The position numbers were made by a program, and so were the translations under genes. Source: Clostridia bacterium (lineage in GTDB: Bacteria; Bacillota; Clostridia; Oscillospirales; CAG-272). Taken from it: a DNA stretch of 64,000 nucleotides. The stretch is taken from the NCBI GenBank assembly GCA_017456545.1, contig JAFTJE010000007.1, positions 14,118 through 78,117 on the forward strand, in the 5' to 3' direction. The notes beneath the pieces are model-generated. The model searched no databases and had not been told where the DNA came from. It saw only the letters and a list, made by a program, of their open reading frames with translations. This document shows positions 18,526 to 27,830 of this stretch, one piece after another; position 1 is the stretch's first letter; the number at the start of each line of letters is the position of its first letter.

Positions 18526-19802
18526 TAATCGTCTGCTCCTCCTAAGCTCTCGAGAGCTCCAACCCTATCGGGTCTGGAGTCACCGTGCTTAACAAAGAAC
18601 ATTGTAACAAAGGCAAGTCCTGCAAATACAGCAGCATAGGGGAAGAATATCCACCAGCCACACAAGTCTACAAGAGCACCGGAAAAAATAGGTGTTACTA
18701 TCTGTGCCGACATAGACGCTGTGTAATAGAAGCCTGTATACTTACCTACATCTCCAACCTTGGCAAGCTCAACCACCATGGGGAATGAGTTTACATTGAT
18801 TGTAGCCCAGCCAATACCTGCAAGGGCGAAAAGAAGATACATTACAACCTCGGGGGTGCCTGCCTTAATAAAGGCTGCTGAGCCAAAGGCAGCAGTAAGC
18901 ATTATAACACCTGCAAGTATGGTCTTTTTTCTTCCTACCCTGGAGGCAATAAGTCCAACGGGGATATAGGATATAATCGCCGCACCCTGTGCCACCATAA
19001 GAGTTACGGTATAGGGTACCTCAAGAACCTCGGATGCATATACGGAATACTTACTTGTAACAGCGTTATAGCCGATATACCAAAGAACAACGGATGCAAG
19101 AATAAGAATCAAGGACTTAAGCTCTGCCGAGTTAAGATTTCTCTTAATACCGTCTATGGGCTCCTCATCCTCGTCAATACAGTACTTTACCGTATCTATC
19201 TCCATATCCTTAGCCCACTTGCGTTCCTTAACAGTAAGTAAGAATACCACAAGAGCAGCTATCATAAGCAACGCCACGATAATCATATAGATACCGAAAT
19301 CAGTCTTACCCTTTTCATTTGTCTTGAATACGATACCCAGACCAAGAACAATAATTCCTCCCGCTGTTCCCATAAGGTTAATAATTGCATTACCCTTGGA
19401 ACGAAGAGGCTTAACGGTTACATCAGGCATAAGTGCAACAGCAGGAGAACGGAAGGTAGCCATAGACAAAAGTGCAAAAAGCAATACGACTACAAAAATA
19501 CCAACATTGTTTACATATCCGAGGAGGGAGAAGAATACCGTTGCCGCTATTGTTCCGAAGAAAATAAACGGAGTTCTTCTACCGTATTTGGTGTTGATTC
19601 TGTCGGAAATCGCACCAAAAACCGGGAGCATAAACACAGCAAAAATATTGTCAAGGGACATAATAATTCCCGAGGACAGCTGTTTCATACCGAACTTATT
19701 TGTCAAAATAAGGGGAACAACCGTATCATACGCCTGCCAGAAGGCACTGATAAGGAAGAATGCGAAGCCTACAAGTATAGTTCGCTTGTAATTAAGTTTC
19801 AT
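18525..19802 (-). CDS. MFS transporter
   Basis: 425 aa, about 12 hydrophobic helices, GRRTPFIFFG loop motif. Its stop overlaps the GDPD start by 1 nt (18525), suggesting translational coupling. Confidence 0.75.
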   Translation of the reverse strand: MKLNYKRTILVGFAFFLISAFWQAYDTVVPLILTNKFGMKQLSSGIIMSLDNIFAVFMLPVFGAISDRINTKYGRRTPFIFFGTIAATVFFSLLGYVNNVGIFVVVLLFALLSMATFRSPAVALMPDVTVKPLRSKGNAIINLMGTAGGIIVLGLGIVFKTNEKGKTDFGIYMIIVALLMIAALVVFLLTVKERKWAKDMEIDTVKYCIDEDEEPIDGIKRNLNSAELKSLILILASVVLWYIGYNAVTSKYSVYASEVLEVPYTVTLMVAQGAAIISYIPVGLIASRVGRKKTILAGVIMLTAAFGSAAFIKAGTPEVVMYLLFALAGIGWATINVNSFPMVVELAKVGDVGKYTGFYYTASMSAQIVTPIFSGALVDLCGWWIFFPYAAVFAGLAFVTMFFVKHGDSRPDRVGALESLGGADD

Positions 19803-19843
19803 AGCTTTTCTCCAATCGATGATTTTTACGGGTCACTGTTTAC

Positions 19844-19872
19844 ATTATAGTATAAAAAATACCGTTTGTCAA
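19844..19872 (-). promoter_or_regulatory. Consensus sigma-A promoter for the MFS-GDPD operon
   Basis: On the minus strand: TTGACA (19872-19867), 17 nt, TATAAT (19849-19844). Confidence 0.7.
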
Positions 19873-19918
19873 ATAGAAGTCACAGATATATGTTTTTTTT
19901 GAAAAAATATCCGTTTAT

Positions 19919-20869
19919 TTATTTTTTTATTCCCTGATAGCTTCCTCTTAGGTACATTTCCTTGTCTATATCGTTTATTACCGTTGTCTTTTTCAAGCTC
20001 CACAGAGGGGCAACAAGGCTTTCCCTGAGTCCGTCTCCCGTTATGCGTTCCACCACTATGTCGGGAGAGAGGAGCTCCAGCTGGTCGCACACTATATTTA
20101 TGTATTCCTCCCTGTCAAGGGGTGTATATTTGCCCTGTCCGTACATTTTTGCCAGGGGAGTGTCTTTAATTATATGCAAAAGATGTATCTTGACAATGTC
20201 GGGGTGCAATTTGTCCACATCCCTGAGGGTTTTTATCATTTGCTCCCTGCCCTCCCCGGGCAAGCCATTTATAATATGCACGGCAATTTTCACCTTAGGG
20301 GCACCCAGTCGCAGTCTCGAAAAGCAATCGGTAAACTCCTCATAGGTGTGGCATCTGTTAATGAGCTTTGCCGTTTTATCGTCTGAGCTCTGAAGCCCTA
20401 ATTCTACGGTTACAGGTATTTTTTCAGACACATCCTTAAGGATTTTTATTTTTTCATCCTCAAGGCAATCGGCTCGGGTGGCAATATCTATCATTACGGC
20501 ACCGTCAAAGGAGGCTACCTCATTAAGGATTTTTTCAAAATTCTCTGTGCTTGTATAGGAATTTGTATATGCCTGTAAATAGGGGATAAATTTATTTACC
20601 GTCCATTTTTTTAATATCTGCTCCCTTTGGCTATCATACTGCTCCTTCAACGGGGTCAGTCCGTCACACCCACGGCTTCTGCTTCCTCCCGAGCAATAAA
20701 TACAGCCTCCGACTCCTCGGCTGCCGTCTATATTGGGGCAGGTAAAGCCTGCGTCAAGAGTTATTTTTGCACACTTTTCACCAAAGCTTTTGCGAAGATA
20801 ATAGTCGTAGGTATGGTATCTTTTATTTGTATCACTGTACTTAAATGGATTTTCGCTGACCTGTGACAT
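19919..20869 (-). CDS. TIGR01212-family radical SAM protein (YhcC-like)
   Basis: KITLDAGFTCPNIDGSRGVGGCIYCS cluster motif; 316 aa. Confidence 0.8.
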   Translation of the reverse strand: MSQVSENPFKYSDTNKRYHTYDYYLRKSFGEKCAKITLDAGFTCPNIDGSRGVGGCIYCSGGSRSRGCDGLTPLKEQYDSQREQILKKWTVNKFIPYLQAYTNSYTSTENFEKILNEVASFDGAVMIDIATRADCLEDEKIKILKDVSEKIPVTVELGLQSSDDKTAKLINRCHTYEEFTDCFSRLRLGAPKVKIAVHIINGLPGEGREQMIKTLRDVDKLHPDIVKIHLLHIIKDTPLAKMYGQGKYTPLDREEYINIVCDQLELLSPDIVVERITGDGLRESLVAPLWSLKKTTVINDIDKEMYLRGSYQGIKK

Positions 20870-20947
20870 ATTTTCTCCTCCTTTTCTCTGTTCTTATTTA
20901 TTTTACTATATTTTCTTTTTTTGTGCAATATAAAAACAAAAAAGAAC

Positions 20948-20976
20948 TTGACAAATAAAAAAGCTTCTGCTATAAT
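20948..20976 (+). promoter_or_regulatory. Consensus sigma-A promoter of tRNA-Thr
   Basis: TTGACA (20948-20953), 17 nt, TATAAT (20971-20976), 12 nt before the mature tRNA 5' end. Confidence 0.75.
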
Positions 20977-20988
20977 ACAATAGCAAAT

Positions 20989-21064
20989 GCTACTGTGGCT
21001 CAGTCGGTAGAGCACATCCTTGGTAAGGATGAGGTCACCGGTTCGATTCCGGTCAGTAGCTCCA
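20989..21064 (+). tRNA. tRNA-Thr (anticodon GGU), CCA encoded
   Basis: Manual cloverleaf: acceptor GCTACTG/CAGTAGC, D-stem GCTC/GAGC, anticodon stem CATCC/GGATG with loop TTGGTAA, T-arm ACCGG-TTCGATT-CCGGT, discriminator T plus CCA. 76 nt. Confidence 0.92.
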
Positions 21065-21068
21065 AAAC

Positions 21069-21096
21069 AAGCAATCCTGTCGGGTTGCTTTTTTTG
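21069..21096 (+). terminator. Rho-independent terminator after tRNA-Thr
   Basis: 9-bp stem AAGCAATCC pairs with GGGTTGCTT, loop TGTC, followed by TTTTT. Confidence 0.75.
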
Positions 21097-21292
21097 TTTA
21101 TACGGAAGCATATAAAAATCTGCAGGGCTTTTTTATTGTTAATTGCACACTGTATGCCTGATATTTTTAATTTGTTGACATCGCAACAATTGATTATACA
21201 GGTCTTGAAAAACGCTTTTTAATGTGATATACTTAAGCTGTAAATAATAAAAGCCTGCCAATTTTGGAAGTATATTGGCAGAAAGGAGATTT

Positions 21293-23368
21293 ATGGAAAG
21301 CTTAAACCCCAAATACGAGGCTCTCTTTACCCCTTGGAAAATAGGTAATGTAGAGATTAAAAACCGTATCGTCCTCTGCCCTATGGGAGGCACCTCCCTT
21401 TTCGGATGGATGGAGCATACGGGCAATCACTTCGATAAGGAGGCGGCAAAATTCTTTATCGAAAAGGCAAATAACAATGTAGGTCTTATCATCCCCGGTA
21501 TTGCCCCTATCAAGAGTACATTTATGGGTCAATGGCTCTACAAAAACAAAAAAATGTTTGCCGAGCTTAAGGAATTTATGAAGGAGATACATAAAACAGG
21601 AGCTAAGCTGTTTATACAGATTACGGCAGGTATGGGCCGTTCATGGGCTATACCCACTCCCCTTGTTATGCTCCATAATATGCCTGTTGTAAGAGATTTA
21701 ATAAAGCCTATTATTAACATTCCGTATCAGAGTGCATCACCCAGCCCACTCCCATCAAGATGGAGTGATAAGGTAACTACCCGTGCCATGAAGGAAAAGG
21801 AGATACTTGAAATTATTGACGCCTTTGCCAAGACTGCCGAGCTGTGTAAGTGGGCAGATGTTGACGGTGTCGAGGTCCATGCAGTCCATGAGGGATATCT
21901 CCTTGACCAGTTTACTCTGGAATATACAAATAAGCGTACCGACAAATGGGGTGGCTCCTTTGAAAACCGTTATCGCTTCCCCGTTGAGATAGTTAAGGCT
22001 ATAAAGGAACGCTGTGGCAAGGACTATCCCGTTTCTCTTCGCTACTCCGTAACCTCAAAGGTAAAGGACTTTTGCGTAGGTGCTGTTCCAGGTGAGGAAT
22101 TTACCGAGATAGGCAGAAATATGGAGGAGAGTGAAAGGGCGGCAAAATATCTCCAGGACGCAGGCTACGATATGCTTAACGCAGATAACGGAACATATGA
22201 CTCCTGGTATTGGGCACATCCCCCTATGTATATGCCCCTTAACTGTAATCTTGAGGATGTATCTCACATTAAGAAATTTGTTGATATTCCCGTTGTCTGT
22301 GCGGGAAGAATGGAGCCCGAGACAGGTGCTAAGGCTATTTCCGAGGGCAAAATCGATGCTATGGGTGTGGCAAGGCAGTTCCTTGCCGATGCGGAGTGGA
22401 TAACTAAGCTTATCGAAAACAGGACAGAGGATATAAGACCCTGTATATGCTGTCACAACGCTTGCTTTAATATGTCACACTATAAGGGCGTTGCAAATGC
22501 ACAGTCAATTTACGATGCCAGTCACATTGCACGCTGTGCACTTGACCCCAGGGTAATGCAGTCCGACAAATACAAAATAGAGCCTGCCAAAAGGGTAAAG
22601 AGGATTGCCGTAATCGGTGGTGGCATCGGTGGTATGGAGGCTGCACTCCTTTGCTCAAAGAGAGGACACAGGGTGACACTTTATGAAAAGAGTGACAAGC
22701 TTGGAGGAGTGTTTATAGCTGCTGCGGCTCCATCATATAAGGAAAAGGACAAGATGCTTATTGCCTGGTATGAAAGAGAAATGGCTAAGCATCCCGAAAT
22801 TGAAATAAAGCTAAATACGGAAATAAAGGATATTACCACTCTGGATGCAGACGAAATTATTGTGGCAACAGGTGCAAAGGCAAGAAAGCTCCCTGTAAAG
22901 GGCTATGACAAGGGTATTGAGGCTGTTGACTTCCTACTTAAAAAGAAGGAAATAAAGGGCGAGAATGCGGTTGTAATCGGTGGAGGTCTTACGGGCTGTG
23001 AGATAGCATACGAGCTTTATCTCGACGGCAAGAAGCCCGTTATTGTGGAAATGCAGAATGACCTTATCGTTGCAAAGGGCGTTTGTCTTGCAAACTCCTC
23101 CTACCTCCGTGACTTCTTTAACGCCAACAAGGTTCCCGTTCATCTTGAAACAAGGCTTACAGAAATTCTCGATGACGGAGTTACCGTTACAAATGCGAAG
23201 GGCGAGAGCTTCAAAATAGACGCAGACAGTGTTATTCTCTCCTGTGGATATATTCCCGACCCTGTGGCTAAAAAGAAAGGAAATGTACATATCATAGGAG
23301 ATGCCTCCTCTGTTGGCAACCTGCGTACTGTAATATGGGGTGCGTGGGATGTCTGCATGAAGCTTTAA
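21293..23368 (+). CDS. OYE-type flavin / 4Fe-4S / FAD-NAD(P) oxidoreductase (2-enoate reductase / 2,4-dienoyl-CoA reductase family)
   Basis: The start at 21293 (MESLNPKYEALFTPWKIGN) has an AGGAGA RBS. It has an OYE N-terminus (IKNRIVLCPMGG), the Cys motif RPCICCHNACF, and a dinucleotide fold RIAVIGGGIGGMEAA. Confidence 0.8.
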   Translation: MESLNPKYEALFTPWKIGNVEIKNRIVLCPMGGTSLFGWMEHTGNHFDKEAAKFFIEKANNNVGLIIPGIAPIKSTFMGQWLYKNKKMFAELKEFMKEIHKTGAKLFIQITAGMGRSWAIPTPLVMLHNMPVVRDLIKPIINIPYQSASPSPLPSRWSDKVTTRAMKEKEILEIIDAFAKTAELCKWADVDGVEVHAVHEGYLLDQFTLEYTNKRTDKWGGSFENRYRFPVEIVKAIKERCGKDYPVSLRYSVTSKVKDFCVGAVPGEEFTEIGRNMEESERAAKYLQDAGYDMLNADNGTYDSWYWAHPPMYMPLNCNLEDVSHIKKFVDIPVVCAGRMEPETGAKAISEGKIDAMGVARQFLADAEWITKLIENRTEDIRPCICCHNACFNMSHYKGVANAQSIYDASHIARCALDPRVMQSDKYKIEPAKRVKRIAVIGGGIGGMEAALLCSKRGHRVTLYEKSDKLGGVFIAAAAPSYKEKDKMLIAWYEREMAKHPEIEIKLNTEIKDITTLDADEIIVATGAKARKLPVKGYDKGIEAVDFLLKKKEIKGENAVVIGGGLTGCEIAYELYLDGKKPVIVEMQNDLIVAKGVCLANSSYLRDFFNANKVPVHLETRLTEILDDGVTVTNAKGESFKIDADSVILSCGYIPDPVAKKKGNVHIIGDASSVGNLRTVIWGAWDVCMKL

Positions 23369-23452
23369 TACAGCTTTTTACATATTTTTGACTGAAAATA
23401 CTTATACGCTACTGTTTTTTCGTTACATTAGCACACAAAAAGGAGTTTTACA

Positions 23453-24726
23453 ATGTTTTTAACAGAAGAGCAAAAAGCCATACTCAACGGCGAAAAGGGT
23501 GATACCCTTGCCAAGGTTATGGAATCGGTTGTACGCTACGGAGAGCTTTTCGGAGCTGATAAGCTGGTTCCCATTACAAGTAAATACAATCATCTTGTTA
23601 CCTCCTTCGGTCTTAAGATGATAGGTCCTATCTATGACCTTATGAACAAGCTCATAGAGGCAGGTGCCATCTCGGGACAAAAATTCTCCTGTGACCCCCG
23701 TCCCGTTGATAAAAATGTTCCCGCTAATTTCTTACAGAAGCTCGTTTTCAATAAGTTTATGTATTCCAAACAGGATTTTTATGAGGGTCAGCTCAACACC
23801 CTCGGACTTATGGAAAAGGATGCCTTCTCCTGTGCTTGCTACCTGGACGAGGTAGGAAATAAGCCGAATAAGGGCGATATCTCAGCTGGAGTGAATCAAG
23901 TGCTGTAGTATATGCTAACTCAGTCCTCGGTGCAAGATGCAACAGAAACTCAGGTATTATTGATATTATGGGCTCTGTTGTGGGATATGTTCCCCATTTC
24001 GGTCTTCTTACCGATGAGGGCAGAAGGGCTACATGGGTTATTGAAGTAAAAACCACAAAGAAGCCCGAGGCTCAGCTTCTCGGCTCTGCCATAGGTATGA
24101 AGGTAATGGAGGATGTACCCTACATTAAGGGACTGGACCACTGGATAGGCGACGAGCTTAATGATGAAAGCTGTGCTTACCTTAAGGACTTCGGTGCTGC
24201 CACAGCCTCCAACGGTGCTGTGGGTCTTTACCATGTTGACAATCTCACTCCCGAGGCAAAGGAGCTTGGTGAGGCTCTTATTTCCGAGGGTGCACAGGTA
24301 TATGTAATTGACGACGCCGAGCTTCAGAGAATATATGACTCCTATCCCGTTATCTGGAAAAAGCCCGATGCAACTCCCAAGCTTTGCTTTATGGGATGCC
24401 CGCATATGAGTCTTGAGCAGCTGAAATCCTGGACCGTCAAGGTGGAAAATGCCCTTAAGGCCACAGGTAATAAAAAGGTAGTTATTCCTACTGTTTTCAC
24501 AACTGCTCCAAAGGTTATGGAGGCGTTTAACAAAACAGAATTTGCAAAGCGTCTTGAGGCTACGGGAGTTATCGTATCCTATATCTGCCCTCTTATGTAT
24601 ATGAATAATCCTCTGTGCCGTAAGATGCCTGTTATCACTTCCTCAAACAAGCTTCGTACATATACAACGGCACGCTACTATACAGATGAGGAAATACTTG
24701 TTAAGATTACAGGAGGTAAGAAATAA
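23453..24726 (+). pseudogene. Aconitase X (AcnX, DUF521) catalytic/large subunit, interrupted by a 1-nt frameshift near 23881
   Basis: Two adjacent ORFs (23453-23908 and 23968-24726) belong to one DUF521 protein. The conserved segment SWSESSAVVYANSVLGARCNRNSG is encoded in the -1 frame from 23884. That is upstream of the second ORF's first ATG and overlaps the end of the first ORF. Confidence 0.8.
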
Positions 24727-25169
24727 TGAAGGTTTTTAACGGAAGAGTTGTTTCTCCCGGCACTGTAACTGCTGAGGCTCTTGTGTCCCACGGTGGACTT
24801 AATACATTGGCATCCTTCCAGAAGGCACTCCAGTTCGGAGATAAAAAGGCTACCTGTGGGGACCAGAACAACCCCGACCTCTACGGTCACGAAATGGCGG
24901 GAAAGGCACTCTGTCTCCCCCAGACAATCGGCTCCACTACCGGCGGTCTTGTTCTCTACTGTGCTTGTGCTATGGGCCGTCAGCCTGCTTGTATGCTCTT
25001 TTCACAGCCTATTGACTCCTTGGCAGGAGCAGGTGTTATCCTTGCCGATGTGTGGCTGGATGGTGTAAAGATGCCCGTTATCGACTCCCTCGGTGACGAG
25101 TTTCTTGATTTTGTAAAAACAGGAAACACAATTACAGTAAAGGAAAACGGTGTTGTAGAGGTTGAATAA
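24726..25169 (+). CDS. Aconitase X swivel-domain small subunit (DUF126)
   Basis: 147 aa, MKVFNGRVVSPGTVTAEALVS... Its start overlaps the stop of the large subunit (ATAATG). Confidence 0.75.
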   Translation: MKVFNGRVVSPGTVTAEALVSHGGLNTLASFQKALQFGDKKATCGDQNNPDLYGHEMAGKALCLPQTIGSTTGGLVLYCACAMGRQPACMLFSQPIDSLAGAGVILADVWLDGVKMPVIDSLGDEFLDFVKTGNTITVKENGVVEVE

Positions 25170-25218
25170 AATCACAATTGACTCCCGACTCCGATATTAA
25201 GGCAAGAAAGCATTTATA

Positions 25219-25246
25219 AAGAGCTGACACTGTCAGCTCTTTTTTA
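25219..25246 (+). terminator. Rho-independent terminator after the AcnX pair
   Basis: Stem GAGCTGAC pairs with GTCAGCTC, followed by TTTTTT. Confidence 0.7.
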
Positions 25247-25362
25247 TGTTGCAAGAAATACAAATATTTGATATAATGATAAAAAAATTCCCAACCCAAC
25301 GGCAGATGATGTTACCCAATTAGTGAAGCAACATGTTGAGTTCACAAAAGGAGGTGATAAAA

Positions 25363-26970
25363 ATGACAGAAAAGGAAGCATTACTCCACGCCCTTGAAAA
25401 CGAAATGGTATCCAAAATTTACGGTTTTTGCCGTACGAGGCTGAAATCCGTAAGTGACGCAGAGGATTTGTCCCAGGATATTTGCTTAGAGGTACTCAAA
25501 TCCATACATTCGGGTAAGAAAATAGATAATATTAACGCCTTTGTGTGGACGGTTTCCAATCATTTGTTCTTTAATTGGTTAAGGAAAAAAAGGTACGGGA
25601 CCGTAGCATATATAGATGATGCCACAATGTCCGAGGAGGATGTTGAAGAAGAATTTATCCTCTCGGAGCAGAAAAGCCTTTTAAGACGGGAGCTTTCCCT
25701 CATGTCATACAATTATCGCCGTGCCATCATTATGCATTACTTTGACAATATGTCCTGTGAGGAAATAGGAAAAGCCCTCGGAAAAAGCGAGGGTACAGTC
25801 AAATGGTGGCTATACGACGCAAGACAAGCTATTGAGAAAGGAATGAATACTATGAGAAATTACGGAGAAAGAAGCTACCGACCGGGAAATCTTTTTATTT
25901 CCTGTACAGGTAATCCCGGCTCTGATATGGAGCCTGTGTCCTGTGCCAAACGAAAATCCACACAAAACATTTTACTTTGTGCTTACAAGGAGCCTGTTAC
26001 CGTTACAGAGCTTTGCGAGGAGCTTGGCATTTCTGCTCCTTACATTGAGGACGAGATTGATTATCTCTGTAAAAATCAGCTTATGGAAGAGGTATCAAAG
26101 GGTAAATACCAGACGGATTTTGTAATACTTCCGGGCAGAAATCCCGATATTGGAAATAAAATTTACGCATACGCCTTCCCCGATTTTTACAAAAAGCTCA
26201 TAAATTATCTTGAAAGCAAAAGGGATATGCTTTCAAGCCCAGCATTTAATACCGCAGGCTTTGAATGGAGCCGTCTGCTTTGGGTATATATCCACATTTT
26301 TTCGGAATTCTGCGTAAAATACTACAGATACTATGGAGATATAAAATATATTAGATACGATGATATTCCACTTCGTCCCAACGGAGGCAAATGGATAGCC
26401 TTCGGATTTGATAACAGCGACACATCCCCCAAGGAATTTATGCCCTATCACGGTTGGGACGGTCCTATCCATAAGCTTGAGCCTGCATATACACAGGGCT
26501 TCTGCCACTATTGGAGTGGTATAGATTCTCAACCGTATCTTGATTTGCCATCAGATGTTTTTGCTCTGTGCAGACAGATAATCAAGGGGGAGATTAAGGT
26601 AGAGGAGCTTAACAATGAGCAGAAATATCTTTTCGGTATTGCCATTGAAAAGCAGCTTTTTGTAAATGAAAACGGTGTATTCAAGCAGAATTATTATTAT
26701 ATCAATAAGACTGAACGCAGAGAAATTGAAAAAATGGCACAGGAATTTGCAAAAAGCGTAAAAGATATTACAGACGGTGCGTATCAGCTTGTACTAAAGG
26801 AATACGAAAGCACCGTACCGAGGCACCTGCATTGGCAGATGGGAAATTTTCTTTCCAACGCATTAACTATATTTGTAACCTGCTCTCTTTACGAGGCTGA
26901 GAAGGAAGGCATTTTATCGGTGCCAACCGATAAGAATAAATACTGGTTAAGCCTTTTTGCATCCGAATAA
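25363..26970 (+). CDS. Sigma-70 family (ECF-like) RNA polymerase sigma factor with a ~350-aa C-terminal extension
   Basis: The start at 25363 has an AAAGGAGGTG RBS. Region 2-like segment DAEDLSQDICLEV and region 4 HTH SCEEIGKALGKSEGTVKWWLYDARQAIEK are present. The remaining ~350 aa were not recognised. Confidence 0.75.
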   Translation: MTEKEALLHALENEMVSKIYGFCRTRLKSVSDAEDLSQDICLEVLKSIHSGKKIDNINAFVWTVSNHLFFNWLRKKRYGTVAYIDDATMSEEDVEEEFILSEQKSLLRRELSLMSYNYRRAIIMHYFDNMSCEEIGKALGKSEGTVKWWLYDARQAIEKGMNTMRNYGERSYRPGNLFISCTGNPGSDMEPVSCAKRKSTQNILLCAYKEPVTVTELCEELGISAPYIEDEIDYLCKNQLMEEVSKGKYQTDFVILPGRNPDIGNKIYAYAFPDFYKKLINYLESKRDMLSSPAFNTAGFEWSRLLWVYIHIFSEFCVKYYRYYGDIKYIRYDDIPLRPNGGKWIAFGFDNSDTSPKEFMPYHGWDGPIHKLEPAYTQGFCHYWSGIDSQPYLDLPSDVFALCRQIIKGEIKVEELNNEQKYLFGIAIEKQLFVNENGVFKQNYYYINKTERREIEKMAQEFAKSVKDITDGAYQLVLKEYESTVPRHLHWQMGNFLSNALTIFVTCSLYEAEKEGILSVPTDKNKYWLSLFASE

Positions 26971-26975
26971 CCGTA

Positions 26976-27002
26976 AAAAGCCGACTCTTGTCGGCTTTTT
27001 AT
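26976..27002 (+). terminator. Rho-independent terminator
   Basis: Stem GCCGAC pairs with GTCGGC, flanked by an A-run and a T-run. Confidence 0.65.
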
Positions 27003-27065
27003 GTTGACTTTTTTGGTGTGTGGTGGTAAAATTGTATTACAAATATTTTATAACGAGGTAGTAAT

Positions 27066-27782
27066 ATGAAGGTATTATTTATCGGTAACAGCTTTTCTCA
27101 GGATGCTACCGTTTATCTACGCAGAGTGTCCGATGACAGTATTTTTGTAAGGAATCTGTATATTGGTGGCTGCCCTCTCGAATGGCACGCAAGCAATATT
27201 AAGGAAAACAAGGCTGCCTATGAATATCAGCTTGACGGACAGGGTCTGCGTATGGCATCAATTAACGACACTCTCACCGAGGAAAAGTGGGACTATGTGT
27301 CCATACAGCAGGTAAGCCATTATTCCGGAATGATTGAAACCTATGAGCCATATACAGAATTTGTGGTAGGATACATTAAGGAAAAATGCCCCGATGCAAG
27401 GATAGTCTTCCACAGAACCTGGGCATATGATGATGCCAGCACCCACGGTGGCTTTGCCAACTATGATTGGAACAGAACAAAAATGTATAACTGCATAGTT
27501 GACGCCAGCTCCAAAATAGCCGAAAAATATTCTCTGCCCATTATCCCCTCGGGAGACGCTATTGAAAAGGCACGCTACCTCCCCGAGTTTGACACCTCCA
27601 AGGGTGGAATGTCACTGAACCGTGACGGCTTCCATCTCTCTCTTGACTACGGCAGATACTTAGCTGCCCTTACCTGCTATAAATTCCTTACAGGAAAGGA
27701 TGCAACAGAGGTTACCTTTGAGCCCGAAAACACGGACCCCGTAATTTGCAAAAAGCTCAAGGACCTCGTAAATAACCTTTAA
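27066..27782 (+). CDS. DUF4886-like SGNH/GDSL-fold hydrolase
   Basis: N-terminus MKVLFIGNSFSQDA (GNSF block); 238 aa. Confidence 0.6.
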   Translation: MKVLFIGNSFSQDATVYLRRVSDDSIFVRNLYIGGCPLEWHASNIKENKAAYEYQLDGQGLRMASINDTLTEEKWDYVSIQQVSHYSGMIETYEPYTEFVVGYIKEKCPDARIVFHRTWAYDDASTHGGFANYDWNRTKMYNCIVDASSKIAEKYSLPIIPSGDAIEKARYLPEFDTSKGGMSLNRDGFHLSLDYGRYLAALTCYKFLTGKDATEVTFEPENTDPVICKKLKDLVNNL

Positions 27783-27790
27783 TAAAAAAC

Positions 27791-27822
27791 AAAATTCCCC
27801 GACACTGTGTCGGGGAATTTTT
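27791..27822. terminator. Bidirectional palindromic terminator
   Basis: AAAATTCCCCGACAC-TG-TGTCGGGGAATTTT between convergent genes. Confidence 0.75.
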
Positions 27823-27830
27823 ATTATTTA

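Noticed and set aside
20870-21292. tRNA-Thr was considered as an integration hotspot for a genomic island or prophage.
   Set aside because: No integrase, no direct repeat of the tRNA 3' end and no phage or IS genes occur nearby. The flanking genes are ordinary metabolic genes.
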